Counted from the first letter of the stretch, positions 10,320 through 20,535 are shown. The stretch is DNA of 64,000 nt from Methylotenera sp. (GCA_014378845.1 JACMNB010000022.1:16300-80299); one strand, 5' to 3'. Program-made: numbers and translations. The notes: generated by a model from the sequence alone, not told the origin.

Positions 10320-11435
10320 ATGTCACTTTCATCTCGACCTTTTAATCGCACTAGCTTGATTTTATTGGCTTTATTAGCTACATTAACTGCATGCAATAAA
10401 CCTACTGATGCAACAAAAAATGCAAGCACAGAAACCAAAGCTGCGGTCTCCGATAAAGGTGTGGCCTACGTAACCAGCCAAGATGCTGGCGTTAGCGTTA
10501 TTGATCTTGCAACCTTAAAAGTAATCAAAAATATTGATGTTAAAGCCGCTGGACCGCGCGGTTTGGGCGTTACAGATGATGGTACAAAATTAATCGTCGC
10601 GACGCGCGAAAATGGCAGTATTTCAGTGATTGATACAGCAACAGGCGCAGTAACACAGCAAATTGAAGTGGGCAAAAATCCTGAGTTTGTGCGCGTTAAA
10701 GGCAACTTTGCTTATATTTCATCTGAACCCAGCGCAAAAGCTGGCCCTCCGCCAAAACCAGGCTCGGCCGAGGCTAAAGAAGATGACAATGAAGAAAAGC
10801 TGCCCGCAAAAATATCTGTTATTGACTTAGCTGCTGGCAAAAAAATACGTGAAATTACCGGCGGCCCAGAAACAGAAGGCATTGAATTCTCAAAAGATGG
10901 CAAAAACTTGGTGATTACTAATGAAGCCGATAATACCGTTACCGTGCACAATATTGAGAGCGGTGAATTAGTAAAAACCATCAGCACGCACGAACATGGC
11001 GATCGTCCACGCGGCATTAAGGCATCGCCAGATGGCAAAAGTTATGTAGCCACGCTGGAATTTAGTAATAAAATGATGGTGTTAGATAGCGATTTTAATT
11101 TTGTACGCAACGTGGATACAGGTGAAACGCCTTATGGCGTCAGCTATGATGCAACTGGCAAACATATTTATGTAGCCAACAATAAGTCAAAAACTTTAGA
11201 AATGTTTGCAGCCGATAACTTTGTCAAACTCAAAGAAGTGGCCACCGCCAATCGTTGTTGGCATTTTAGTTTTACGCCAGACGACAAACAAATTTTGCTG
11301 GCGTGCGGCAAAAGTGATGCGGTTTTAGTTTTTGATGCCGACACATTAATGCAAGTAGCTCATATTGAAGTTAAAAACTTGCCTTGGGGCATCGTCACTT
11401 ACCCAAAAAGCATGGGCAGTTTAGATAACAAATAA
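10320..11435 (+). CDS. lipoprotein with YVTN-type beta-propeller repeats
   Basis: 371 aa. Lipobox LATLTAC. Repeated about 40-aa units (GPRGLGVTDDGTKLIV, GKNPEFVRV, ETPYGVSYDATGKHIYV). Confidence 0.7.
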   Translation: MSLSSRPFNRTSLILLALLATLTACNKPTDATKNASTETKAAVSDKGVAYVTSQDAGVSVIDLATLKVIKNIDVKAAGPRGLGVTDDGTKLIVATRENGSISVIDTATGAVTQQIEVGKNPEFVRVKGNFAYISSEPSAKAGPPPKPGSAEAKEDDNEEKLPAKISVIDLAAGKKIREITGGPETEGIEFSKDGKNLVITNEADNTVTVHNIESGELVKTISTHEHGDRPRGIKASPDGKSYVATLEFSNKMMVLDSDFNFVRNVDTGETPYGVSYDATGKHIYVANNKSKTLEMFAADNFVKLKEVATANRCWHFSFTPDDKQILLACGKSDAVLVFDADTLMQVAHIEVKNLPWGIVTYPKSMGSLDNK

Positions 11436-11452
11436 GCATTTGATTCTAAATA

Positions 11453-11480
11453 AAAAAGCCCGCATTTAGCGGGCTTTTTA
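11453..11480 (+). terminator. intrinsic terminator
   Basis: aaaaaagcccgc-attta-gcgggcttttta. Confidence 0.75.
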
Positions 11481-11564
11481 TTACGTGAGAAAATAATGCC
11501 TCTGCAAGCCTTTAGATATGCGGGCCACAGAGCAACAGAATAAATTGACCTATTAATTAAGATG

Positions 11565-12023
11565 CTATTTTAAAAGCGCCATTATCAATTGCCATTCACT
11601 TGCCTCAATTGGCGTGATGGATAGCCGATTGCCACGTTGCAAAATGCGTAAGCTTTCTAATTGAGGATTTTCGCGCATTGCTTTAAGGCTTAAAAGCTGC
11701 GTTTTTCGCACCAGTTTGACGTCTACGTTAAACCAACGCGGCGTTTCTTGTGTAGCTTTTGCATCAAAATATTGATGGCCTTTTATAAATTGGAATCGGT
11801 CTGGGTAGGCCAAACTACTGACTTGGCAAATGCCAGCAATTCCTGGCACATCGCAATTTGAGTGATAAAACAGCACGCCATCGCCAATTTTCATGGCATC
11901 GCGCATAAAATTGCGCGCTTGATAATTGCGCACGCCGTACCAATCCACCGTTTGGTTGGGCATAGCGGCTAAATTGTCGATGGAAACATCTGCGGGCTCA
12001 GACTTCATTAACCAATAGCGCAT
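11565..12023 (-). CDS. EVE (PUA-like) domain protein
   Basis: 152 aa: MRYWLMKSEP...WYGVRNYQARNFMRDAMKIGDGVLFYHSN. Confidence 0.85.
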   Translation of the reverse strand: MRYWLMKSEPADVSIDNLAAMPNQTVDWYGVRNYQARNFMRDAMKIGDGVLFYHSNCDVPGIAGICQVSSLAYPDRFQFIKGHQYFDAKATQETPRWFNVDVKLVRKTQLLSLKAMRENPQLESLRILQRGNRLSITPIEASEWQLIMALLK

Positions 12024-12129
12024 AATTTTTTACTTTCTAGCAAAATTAAAAATATCAATATAAAATTTATAGGTATGATAATTGAAGTCAGCTCTTTTTT
12101 AACGCAAGACATCATTTTAAGGTAGTGGT

Positions 12130-12501
12130 ATGGCGCGAAATTTAGCACGTAATGTTTTAGGCACCGCTTTGCAAGTGTGTAGTTTAAGCCCAGTCACAGG
12201 ATTTACACGGTCGGGCTGTTGCGAAACTGGGCCAGAAGACGCGGGTAGCCACACGGTTTGCTGTCAAGTTACCGATGAATTTTTAGCTTTTTCAACCAGT
12301 CGCGGCAATGATTTAAGCACACCGCGCGCGGAGTACGGCTTTGCAGGTCTTAAGGCGGGCGACCGTTGGTGCGTATGCGCTACACGTTGGCTTGAAGCCA
12401 GCGAGGCAGGTTTTGCGCCGCCGGTCATTCTAGAAGCTTGCCATCAAAAATGTTTGGATATTGTGAGTTTGGCCGACTTGAAATATCACGAGTTGCGCTA
12501 A
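12130..12501 (+). CDS. DUF2237 family protein
   Basis: 123 aa: NVLGTALQVCSLSPVTGFTRSGCCETGPEDAGSHTVC ... GDRWCVCATRW. Confidence 0.85.
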   Translation: MARNLARNVLGTALQVCSLSPVTGFTRSGCCETGPEDAGSHTVCCQVTDEFLAFSTSRGNDLSTPRAEYGFAGLKAGDRWCVCATRWLEASEAGFAPPVILEACHQKCLDIVSLADLKYHELR

Positions 12502-12780
12502 TTTACCGTAAATGCATGGTGGAATCTTAACGTGGCTAGTGGGTTGCCGCCCCAAAATGAACCCTTTGGCTCGCAATGACATCACTAAAACAAGCGTCAT
12601 ATCAGCGATATTTCTACAAGATGGTTTTGATTTTTAACGCCAAAGTTCAAGGCGTTTGAGCGCTGATATTTCTACAAATTTTGATTTAATGGATGAAAGT
12701 GCAAGGCATCGAGTCGAAGAAAGTACATTTAGTACGGCAAGACGAGATAACGCCGCAATTTCGTCCACTAAATCGAAATT

Positions 12781-12982
12781 ATTTTCTCTGGTGTTGCCTG
12801 AGCCGTTATCCTGAACCAAAAAGGTTCAAGTGGTAACAACTTAAAGCGTATTAGGTACACCCGCCAAGGATAGCTTAAAAGACAATCCAATTTAGGGCGC
12901 GCTCACAACAACTTGATTAGCTGAAACCTATAACATAGACTAGTTCAAGGAATTTAAGACTCAAGCAACACCACAGAAAACA
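12781..12982 (-). ncRNA. ssrS: 6S RNA
   Basis: On the minus strand, the 5' end UUUUCUGUGGUGUUGCUUGAG pairs with the 3' end CUCAGGCAACACCAGAGAAAAU. The 3' half contains CCACUUGAACCUUUUUGGUUCAGGAUAAC, resembling E. coli CACCUUGAACCAAGGGUUCAAGGGUUAC. It lies immediately downstream of zapA, as in E. coli. Ends are approximate. Confidence 0.8.
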
Positions 12983-13068
12983 AACTCATCATATCGATTG
13001 CTTGTGACGAATTGATGAAGAAAATTAGCAATTTCAAAGCTTAACTGAAAAAAACTTAGGTTTATAGT

Positions 13069-13374
13069 TTATAACAGCTTAGTTTGCGAAAGCAGTGCCT
13101 CATCAATTTGAGTCTGCATGGCGTTAATCCTACGCTTATAATCACCGATGTCAATATCGCCAGTTTTGGTATTGAGTACTTCGTGCGATAAATTGAGTGC
13201 CGCCATTATTGCAATGCGCTCCACACCAACCACTTTGCCGCTATCGCGAATATCGTGCATTTTTTTATCAAGATAATTAACGGCATGTAACAAGCCTTGG
13301 CGCTCTTCATCGGTGCAAGAAACCGTAAATTCACGCCCCATAATGCTCACATCAATTGGTTTAATCGCGCTCAT
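13069..13374 (-). CDS. zapA: cell division protein ZapA
   Basis: 101 aa: VSIMGREFTVSCTDEERQGLLHAVNYLDKKMHDIRDSGKVVGVERIAIMAALNLSHE. Confidence 0.9.
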   Translation of the reverse strand: MSAIKPIDVSIMGREFTVSCTDEERQGLLHAVNYLDKKMHDIRDSGKVVGVERIAIMAALNLSHEVLNTKTGDIDIGDYKRRINAMQTQIDEALLSQTKLL

Positions 13375-13607
13375 TAAGACTCCAACCCTAGCGACTCTGC
13401 ATTAGCGCCATCTAGGCCATTTGGCATTGAAGTCAACAAATCTTCTAGTTTATTGCTGGCCAGCAGCATTTTATTTTTTAGGCCATCTGCCGCCACTTGC
13501 GCTTGCGATAAATTGCCGCGCAATTGACCATTTTCCTCGCGCAGGCTTGCGCACAAGGTTATTAGCCTGCTGATTTTTTCTTCTAAACTTTTTAAATCTG
13601 CTTCCAT
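13374..13607 (-). CDS. small coiled-coil protein (ZapB-like / TIGR02449-type), translationally coupled to zapA
   Basis: 77 aa, heptad-rich (LEEKISRLITLCASLREENGQLRGNLSQAQ). Its stop overlaps the zapA ATG (TAATG). Confidence 0.6.
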   Translation of the reverse strand: MEADLKSLEEKISRLITLCASLREENGQLRGNLSQAQVAADGLKNKMLLASNKLEDLLTSMPNGLDGANAESLGLES

Positions 13608-13754
13608 ACCTCACTATAATTGAGAAAATTCATTATAGTCAATAGCTAAGGTGGGTTATTCAAAGTAATTTAATACGTTTGATGCGAACTGTTGCATAAA
13701 ATTAAATCGGCTATCATTTATTAATCAACCCAAAAGTCGCTATAATGAAACTTG

Positions 13755-13965
13755 TTGTTAGGTGTCTTGCGTTAATTTCTATGATTAATGCGAGGTGAAA
13801 CTGGGAATTAGGTGCGCTTAAACTTTATTAAGTTAAGCAAACCCTAAGCTGCCCCCGCAACGGTAAGTGATTCAAGCTTTACAACATGCCACTGGGCTAT
13901 TGTTTTATTAAAACAGTATCTGGGAAGGCGTAAAGTAATTGTCACAAGCCCGGAGACCGGCCTAA
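13755..13965 (+). promoter_or_regulatory. cobalamin (B12) riboswitch in the btuB leader
   Basis: GGUGAAACUGGGAA, CUGCCCCCGCAACGGUAA, B12 box AUGCCACUGG, GGGAAGGCG and AGCCCGGAGACCGGCC. A tataat -10 hexamer sits at 13741-13746 just upstream. Confidence 0.9.
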
Positions 13966-14124
13966 TTGCAACAGCCTTAATGTTAAGGCGCGCTAGGAAA
14001 TACCGCGGGGTGACGGTGGCCAAAAGCTGTGCTTTTTAGCGCATTTTTGTCTATTTTTATTCTTGTTATATTTTCTAGTTTTATCAATTTGCATGCGGGG
14101 ACGTATGTAATTTAGGGAAATATA

Positions 14125-16110
14125 ATGAATAAAACCACCATTGCCAGCCTTGTTGCGCTGGCATTTACATCACCTGCTTTAACCCAAACTGTTGTTGCTG
14201 CCGAGCAAATTAATTTAGACGAAGTTACCGTTACGGCAAGCCGTTTTAATGAAAGTAGCGCCAGTTCTGCTGCTAATCTTAAAGTAATTACAAAAGAAGA
14301 TATTCAGAACTCACCTGCAATTAGCATACCCGATTTATTACGCTTGCAAGCAGGCTTAAACATCACGAGTCTCTATGGCAATCAAGGCATTGATGCCACA
14401 ATAGACGCAAGAGGTTTTGGTGACTCGGCAACTAGCAACACGTTAATATTGCTAAATGGTCAACGCTTAAATGCGGTTGATGGTGGCAGTATCCAGTGGG
14501 CATCTATTCCGTTGGATTCGATTGAGCGAATCGAAATAATAATAGGTGGCGGCAGTGTGTTATATGGAGACCGCGCAACTGGCGGCGTCATTAACCTAAT
14601 TACCGATAAATCAGGCAAATCTGCCGCCTCTATTACGGCTTCGGCTGGCAGTTACGGCTATAAGAGCTTAGACGGCTTTGCAGCTGGGGGTATTGATCAT
14701 CTATATTTCAATAATTACATTCATACCGCTGACACCAATGGTTGGAAAGACAATGCAGCCAGCAATCAATGGGCAATCAGCGGGCGGGTGGGCGGCCACT
14801 TTAATGCAGGTGAGGCTTTTGTGGATTATTCAGTTTACCGCTCTGCCAACGGCTTGCCTGGCAGCATTAGCAGTGATAGCTTTCAAAACAATCCTAGGTT
14901 TGCTAGAACGCCGTTTGACTCTCAAGTAAAAGAGGGTTTTAGAATTATGCCTGGCGTTTCAGTTAAGCTTTCTGATACTATTGAGCTGGCTACCGAGCTA
15001 TCCTACACGCAAGGTGACCAACACTTTAACAACGTTTCGTTTGGGGCTACTTCTGATCGCGATACCGAGACTTATTCATTCACCCCTAGAGTTAAATGGG
15101 CGCACGGCTTAGGCGCGTTAAACAGCACAACGGTGGCGGGCTATGATTACTATCGTGGCAAAGTAGCAGCTAATTATCATGCCGGTTATGCCAATGCTCA
15201 GGCAAAGCAAAGTAGCAACGCCTTTTATTTGCAAAACAACACTGCGCTTACCAGTGCAATCGATATTAACGTAGGCTTTCGCACACACCAAGCACACCAA
15301 ACAGCCAATCAAGAGGCTTATGCACCTTTTGGCATGACCGCAGTTGCGGGTGATGTAACGCGTAGAAAAACTGTTTACGACCTTGGCTTAACTTATCACG
15401 AAACCAACTGGAATGCGTACGCAAAAACTGGTAGCAGTTATAGATTTGCAAATACTGATGAATTTTTTGGCTTTGATCCAATCACATTCGAGCCGATTTT
15501 TTTAGGTAAAATCATTCTTCCGCAAACAGCTAACAATCAAGAGATTGGGGCAACATTTAAACAAGGTCAATTAGATGGCAAAATTGCGCTTTATCATTCA
15601 AGCCTTAAGAACGAAATTGGCTATGACGCTGCAACTGGTAATAACGTTAACTTTGACCCAACGCGCCGCCAAGGTGTAGAGGCCGAGTTGGGCTGGGAGA
15701 TTCTAAGCAAGCTTAAAACCAAACTAAGTTATGCTTATACGGATGCGGCGTTTAAATCAGGCACATTTAACGGCAAAAGCTTACCCTCAGTTGCAAGCAA
15801 CAGCGCACATGCACAAGTTTTATGGAACGCTCAGCAGTATGGTCAGTATGTAGCACAAGTCAATTTTGTTGGCGAGCGTTATACAAGCGGCGACTTTAGC
15901 AACTCACTTAATAAGTTACCGTCTTATACTACGCTAGATTTACGCGCCAATTGGAATATCAAACCAGTGACTATTTCACTTTCCGCACTCAATGTGACTG
16001 ATAAAAAATATTCACCCTATGGGCTTTACAGCACATTTAAAAATGATTATTACTATTTTCCAGCCGATGGCAGATCATTTTATTTAAGTGCGCGCTATGA
16101 TTTCAAATAA
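14125..16110 (+). CDS. btuB: TonB-dependent outer-membrane receptor, B12-type (BtuB-like)
   Basis: 661 aa with a signal peptide, TonB box-like DEVTVTA, plug domain (SIERIEIIIGGGSVLYGDRATGGVINLIT) and C-terminal ...SARYDF. Controlled by the cobalamin riboswitch. Confidence 0.88.
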   Translation: MNKTTIASLVALAFTSPALTQTVVAAEQINLDEVTVTASRFNESSASSAANLKVITKEDIQNSPAISIPDLLRLQAGLNITSLYGNQGIDATIDARGFGDSATSNTLILLNGQRLNAVDGGSIQWASIPLDSIERIEIIIGGGSVLYGDRATGGVINLITDKSGKSAASITASAGSYGYKSLDGFAAGGIDHLYFNNYIHTADTNGWKDNAASNQWAISGRVGGHFNAGEAFVDYSVYRSANGLPGSISSDSFQNNPRFARTPFDSQVKEGFRIMPGVSVKLSDTIELATELSYTQGDQHFNNVSFGATSDRDTETYSFTPRVKWAHGLGALNSTTVAGYDYYRGKVAANYHAGYANAQAKQSSNAFYLQNNTALTSAIDINVGFRTHQAHQTANQEAYAPFGMTAVAGDVTRRKTVYDLGLTYHETNWNAYAKTGSSYRFANTDEFFGFDPITFEPIFLGKIILPQTANNQEIGATFKQGQLDGKIALYHSSLKNEIGYDAATGNNVNFDPTRRQGVEAELGWEILSKLKTKLSYAYTDAAFKSGTFNGKSLPSVASNSAHAQVLWNAQQYGQYVAQVNFVGERYTSGDFSNSLNKLPSYTTLDLRANWNIKPVTISLSALNVTDKKYSPYGLYSTFKNDYYYFPADGRSFYLSARYDFK

Positions 16111-16214
16111 CCGCTATTTTTTGGAAGTTACAGTTTGAAAATGTTATGATAGCAAAATAAATTAGACCATTTGACCATGCTATTGATTTAGCATGGTGCT
16201 GAAAGAGATTAACC

Positions 16215-16802
16215 ATGAATACAAAAACACTCAATACTAAACACTTTATCATTGCAGCTGCACTTGCGTTTTTTATGCTGCTAACCCGTGGCAGCCATAC
16301 GCTGACGCCATTAAGTCTGCCAGATTCTAGCTTGGTACTATTTTTACTTGTTGGTTTGTATTTAGGCTTTGATTTTAAAAGTCGTGCGGCTTGGTTTTTG
16401 GCTTTTTTTGCATTGGCAACCGTGATTGATTTTGGCGCAGCTGCGCTTGACCCAATTCAAGGTTTTTGTTTAACCAATGGCTATTGGGGCTTGATTCCTG
16501 CGTATGGCGTAATGTGGTTGGGCGGCTTATTTTTAAGTAAGCAAGATGCGTTTGCTACTAAAAATTTAGTTTCCTATAGCTTGGTAAGTGCGTTTACAAG
16601 CTTTGTGGCTTTTGTGATTTCTACGCAAACTTATTATTTGTTTTCTGGGCGTTTTCCTGCACTGGGCGTGATTGAATCATTAAAACATGGCTGGGAATAT
16701 TTACCAAGTTGGATGGGCTTTTCTGCCATGTATTTTGCGTTTGTTTGGTTGTGCGTAGCTTTATGGCGTAGCCTTAAACCTTTGCAAACCTCAAAAATAT
16801 AG
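16215..16802 (+). CDS. polytopic membrane protein, candidate BtuM-like inner-membrane B12 transporter
   Basis: 195 aa with about 6 predicted TM helices, directly downstream of the riboswitch-controlled btuB. Contains His28 and a GFC motif (Cys85). Assignment rests mainly on context and size. Confidence 0.45.
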   Translation: MNTKTLNTKHFIIAAALAFFMLLTRGSHTLTPLSLPDSSLVLFLLVGLYLGFDFKSRAAWFLAFFALATVIDFGAAALDPIQGFCLTNGYWGLIPAYGVMWLGGLFLSKQDAFATKNLVSYSLVSAFTSFVAFVISTQTYYLFSGRFPALGVIESLKHGWEYLPSWMGFSAMYFAFVWLCVALWRSLKPLQTSKI

Positions 16803-16817
16803 CCATCGCTGATATTT

Positions 16818-16847
16818 AAAGCCGCTTTACTAAAAGCGGCTTTTTTA
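16818..16847 (+). terminator. intrinsic terminator
   Basis: aaagccgcttt-ac-taaaagcggcttttttac. Confidence 0.7.
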
Positions 16848-16881
16848 CATTTAAACGCTGTTAGCGCAATAAGGCACTGCC

Positions 16882-17412
16882 ATGAGTGATCTAAGTTTAG
16901 TGTTGGGTGGCGCGCGTTCTGGCAAAAGTGGTTATGCCGAAAAGCTGGCGACTGAAACAGGTTTACCCGTTACTGTCATTGCCACCGCGCAAGTGTACGA
17001 CGATGAGTTTAAAGCCCGCATACAACATCACCAAGATAGACGACCCGCTAATTGGGGGCTTGTAGAAGAGCCGCACCACTTGGCTGATGCGTTAGCGCGT
17101 GTTGCTATGCCCAACCAGTGCGTGATAATCGATTGCTTAACCTTGTGGCTGGCGCAGTGGATATGCGTCGATTGCAATCCGCCAAAAAATTTAAGTTGGC
17201 AAAGCGAACGTGATGCTTTTTTAAAACTGTTGCCAAATCTATCTGGGACAATCATTTTAGTCAGCAACGAAGTTGGCATGGGTATTGTGCCGCTGGGTGA
17301 AATTAATCGCCAGTTTCAAGATGAACAAGGCCGTTTAAACCAAGCGGTTGCTGCAATTGCTGATAAGGTGCGCTTTATTGCGGCTGGGCTGCCGATAGCG
17401 CTGAAAGGATAA
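16882..17412 (+). CDS. cobU: adenosylcobinamide kinase / adenosylcobinamide-phosphate guanylyltransferase
   Basis: 176 aa with the P-loop GGARSGKSGYAE, RIQHHQDRRP and LVSNEVGMGIVP. Confidence 0.9.
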   Translation: MSDLSLVLGGARSGKSGYAEKLATETGLPVTVIATAQVYDDEFKARIQHHQDRRPANWGLVEEPHHLADALARVAMPNQCVIIDCLTLWLAQWICVDCNPPKNLSWQSERDAFLKLLPNLSGTIILVSNEVGMGIVPLGEINRQFQDEQGRLNQAVAAIADKVRFIAAGLPIALKG

Positions 17413-17414
17413 AT

Positions 17415-17627
17415 ATGGATACTGTAAATTTTGAACTTAAAGGCGACTTTATCGCATTGTGCGATTTGCTTAAAACGACTGGCATTGCCAATAGCGGCGG
17501 CCAAGGCAAAGCGATGGTGGCGGATGGACACGTGACTGTGGACGGAAAACTTGAGCTACGCAAAACTGCCAAAATTTGCAAAGGCCAAGTGGTTGTGTGC
17601 TTTGACGACCAAATTACCATTATTTAA
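17415..17627 (+). CDS. ybcJ: S4-domain RNA-binding protein (YbcJ-like)
   Basis: 70 aa: LCDLLKTTGIANSGGQGKAMVADGHVTVDGKLELRKTAKI. Confidence 0.8.
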   Translation: MDTVNFELKGDFIALCDLLKTTGIANSGGQGKAMVADGHVTVDGKLELRKTAKICKGQVVVCFDDQITII

Positions 17628-17630
17628 TTG

Positions 17631-18197
17631 CTACAAATTGACGAATAAGACTTTTGAAATCGTTCCATTAAAATCTAGCTGGGTCACGCTGCCGTAATCA
17701 ATCGTAAATCGAAATAATCCTTTCAGCTCCATGTTTAGCACATGCGCCAGCAGAGCGCGAATCATGCCGCCGTGTGAAATTATCACAATATGTTCACCTG
17801 CATGTTTGGTTAACATTTCAGTTAAAAAATGAATGCCACGCTGTTGCAATTGACTAAACGTTTCACCATTGGGCGGTGCTTTATTGGCGTAATCATGACC
17901 CCAAGCATCAAACATATCGCGCGGAATATCGTCCCAAGCGCGCAGCTCCCAATCGCCAAAATTTAGCTCCATCAAGCGCGTATCTACTGCAATATCGCCC
18001 AAATTAAGCGCTTCTGCAAGTTTTACACAGCGTTGTAACGGGCTACTGTAAACAGCATCAAATTTTATAGCCGTCAGTTTGGCTTGCGTACTTGCAGACT
18101 CGCTAGCAAAACTTTCAGCAACATCAATATCACTTTGGCCATAACAAATGCCCGCCTCTATTTGCAGCGACGTATGCCTAATTAAAGTCAGCTTCAT
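17631..18197 (-). CDS. cobC: alpha-ribazole phosphatase (histidine phosphatase family)
   Basis: 188 aa with MKLTLIRHT (RHG-type motif) and IISHGGMIRAL, next to cobS/cobT. Confidence 0.85.
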   Translation of the reverse strand: MKLTLIRHTSLQIEAGICYGQSDIDVAESFASESASTQAKLTAIKFDAVYSSPLQRCVKLAEALNLGDIAVDTRLMELNFGDWELRAWDDIPRDMFDAWGHDYANKAPPNGETFSQLQQRGIHFLTEMLTKHAGEHIVIISHGGMIRALLAHVLNMELKGLFRFTIDYGSVTQLDFNGTISKVLFVNL

Positions 18198-18198
18198 G

Positions 18199-19026
18199 CT
18201 AATTTAATGACAAGCCAAAAAAATTATGTGCCATTAACTGCTGCAAAATAAGTGCGGCAAAATAATAGGCTAGCTCGGTCATTTGTTGAAGGGCGCCCAA
18301 ATTATCGCCCGTATAGCCGCCCAATTTACGCAGCAACAATTTACGCCACCACCACCAGACTGCTCCTACCAATAAAATGAGTAAGGCAATAAAAATAAGG
18401 GCAACTTGCCAAATTGCCCAAGTTGCTATGTAAATTAAGCACACCAATAATAATGTAGGCAACAGCCCAAAAAAATTGGCAAGCCATAGGCCATTTTTGT
18501 TTATTTGTGTAGATAGTGGCTTGGCTTTACCCACAGGTTTAGCATATTGCAAGCTTGCAATTAACCATATTGCGCACAAACGGCTGAGCGCATGCGCTGC
18601 AATTAAACCTAGTACAACCCAATGCGTATGCAACGCAGACAACACTTGAAACTTAGCCATTAACATTAAAAACAAAGCCACCGCGCCATAAGTGCCAAGC
18701 CGAGAGTCTTGCATAATAGTGAGTACTTGCTCGCGCTGCCAGCCGCCGCCTAAGCCGTCTGCGCTATCTGCCAAGCCATCTTCATGAAACGCGCCAGTTG
18801 CGTAAATTGTTACAGCCATACTGATTAAAACAGCAATTGCTTGTGTAAATAAAAGTGTTGCAATATAAAAGCTTAGCGCCGCTAAAAGCCCTATGATGAT
18901 TCCAACCAGTGGAAAATACTTGCTTGCGTAATTTAAATCTGTTTCTTGAAAATCTTTAAAATTAGGCATAGGAATGCGCGTGAAAAATCCCACCGCCAAC
19001 AGAAAATATTGCCATTGCTTAAGCAT
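18199..19026 (-). CDS. cobS: adenosylcobinamide-GDP ribazoletransferase (cobalamin synthase)
   Basis: Contains [26 protein letters not shown] and [10 protein letters not shown]. The track start at 19050 overlaps cobT by 32 nt. The ATG at 19026 (MLKQWQYF) is preferred. Confidence 0.88.
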   Translation of the reverse strand: MLKQWQYFLLAVGFFTRIPMPNFKDFQETDLNYASKYFPLVGIIIGLLAALSFYIATLLFTQAIAVLISMAVTIYATGAFHEDGLADSADGLGGGWQREQVLTIMQDSRLGTYGAVALFLMLMAKFQVLSALHTHWVVLGLIAAHALSRLCAIWLIASLQYAKPVGKAKPLSTQINKNGLWLANFFGLLPTLLLVCLIYIATWAIWQVALIFIALLILLVGAVWWWWRKLLLRKLGGYTGDNLGALQQMTELAYYFAALILQQLMAHNFFGLSLN

Positions 19027-20083
19027 TGGCTTTCTCAGAAATTTCAACACTTTTGCTTACGCCAGCCGAGTCAAAACTGGCCATTTCGTTTAAAAAATTA
19101 ACAGCTGCTTGCACTAGCGGATACGCCAAAGCCGCGCCGGTGCCTTCGCCAAGGCGCATGTCCAAATCTAATAATGGTTTTGCGCCTAAATAATTCAACA
19201 TTGCGCGGTGCGCATTTTCATTGGAACAATGTGCAAATACGCAATAATCCAAAATATTTGGCTGTAGTTTTGCCGCTACTAATAAAGCAGAAGTCGCAAT
19301 AAAACCATCAATCAGCAGTACCGCTTTGTGCTCAGCAGCGGCCAACATCGCGCCCACCATCATGGCAATTTCAAAGCCGCCAAAAGTGGCTAAAACCTGC
19401 ATCGCATCTTGCCCGTCTAATGCATGATGTACAATCGCTTGTTGCAGAATGTTCGTTTTATTGATTAAACCCGAGTCGTCTAAACCCGTACCGCGGCCCA
19501 CACAAAGCTCAATCGGCAAGCCACACAACACACTCATTAAACAGCTTGCACTAGAGGTGTTACCGATGCCCATTTCACCAAAACCTAGCACGTTGCAGCC
19601 CGCCGCAATCTCTTGCCTGGCAAGGCTCGCACCATGTGTAAGTGCTTGCTCACATTGTGCTTTTATCAACGCTGGTTCGTGCAAAAAGTTAGCTGTGCCC
19701 ATTGCGATTTTTGCGTCAATTAAATCGGCATGTGGCTTAAAAACATGATTAACGCCGGCATCTATCACCCGCAATGCAAAACCATTTTGTCGTGCAAACA
19801 CGTTAATCGCCGCGCCACCGCCTAAAAAATTTAGCACCATTTGCGCCGTAACCGCTTGTGGAAACGGGCTAACGCCATTATTAGCGATGCCGTGATCGCC
19901 CGCAAAAACCAGTATGGTGGGTTTGTGCAATTGTGGTGTTAATGTGTTTTGAATCAAACCAACTTGCAGTGCAAGTGCTTCTAAACGACCCAGCGCGCCT
20001 AGCGGTTTGGTTTTTTGGTTTATTTTGTGGATTAATGTGGGTTCTAGCGTTTTATTTAAAGCGTAAATTTGGATATTTGTCAT
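19019..20083 (-). CDS. cobT: nicotinate-nucleotide--dimethylbenzimidazole phosphoribosyltransferase
   Basis: 354 aa with [31 protein letters not shown] and LGEGTGAA. Confidence 0.95.
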   Translation of the reverse strand: MTNIQIYALNKTLEPTLIHKINQKTKPLGALGRLEALALQVGLIQNTLTPQLHKPTILVFAGDHGIANNGVSPFPQAVTAQMVLNFLGGGAAINVFARQNGFALRVIDAGVNHVFKPHADLIDAKIAMGTANFLHEPALIKAQCEQALTHGASLARQEIAAGCNVLGFGEMGIGNTSSASCLMSVLCGLPIELCVGRGTGLDDSGLINKTNILQQAIVHHALDGQDAMQVLATFGGFEIAMMVGAMLAAAEHKAVLLIDGFIATSALLVAAKLQPNILDYCVFAHCSNENAHRAMLNYLGAKPLLDLDMRLGEGTGAALAYPLVQAAVNFLNEMASFDSAGVSKSVEISEKANA

Positions 20084-20100
20084 AAAGACAATTTTAAATG

Positions 20101-20135
20101 AAAAACCCGCAAATCCGTTAAGCTTTGCGGGTTTA
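20101..20135 (-). terminator. intrinsic terminator after the Ala-rich lipoprotein gene
   Basis: The minus strand reads taaacccgcaaa-gcttaacggat-ttgcgggttttt. Confidence 0.7.
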
Positions 20136-20164
20136 ATTAAAACAAAAAGCTAGTACTTAAAAAC

Positions 20165-20476
20165 TTATTTTTTAGCAGCTTCGGCAGCGACTGCATCTTT
20201 TGCAGCTTGCACAGCGTCAACAGCTGTTTCTTTGGCATCTGTAGCAGCCGCTGATGTTGCTGCGGCCGCGTCAGATGCAGCAGCTTTGGTAGCATCTACC
20301 ACGTGACCGGCAGCATCTTTAGTAGAATCAACAGCATTACCTGCCGCATCTTTTGCTTTATCCATTGACGTTGACGCATCCACTTTTGCCGCATCGGCAG
20401 CTTCTTGCGCTTTTTTACAGCCTACTAATGAAAATGCTAAAACACCTGCTAATAACAACCCTAAAAGTTTATTCAT
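20165..20476 (-). CDS. small Ala/Asp/Lys-rich repetitive lipoprotein
   Basis: 103 aa. Lipobox FSLVGC. Repeated K(D/E)AAGxxVDxTK-type segments, predicted helical. Confidence 0.65.
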   Translation of the reverse strand: MNKLLGLLLAGVLAFSLVGCKKAQEAADAAKVDASTSMDKAKDAAGNAVDSTKDAAGHVVDATKAAASDAAAATSAAATDAKETAVDAVQAAKDAVAAEAAKK

Positions 20477-20535
20477 TGTAAATCTCCTCGTTAAAAATTT
20501 GTTTTAGTTAAAAATCATCATGCAAGTTACTTTAT

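Noticed and set aside
12634-12819. 61-aa minus-strand ORF
   Set aside because: Its 5' part overlaps the 3' end of the predicted 6S RNA. It has no RBS and no recognisable family, so it is treated as non-coding.
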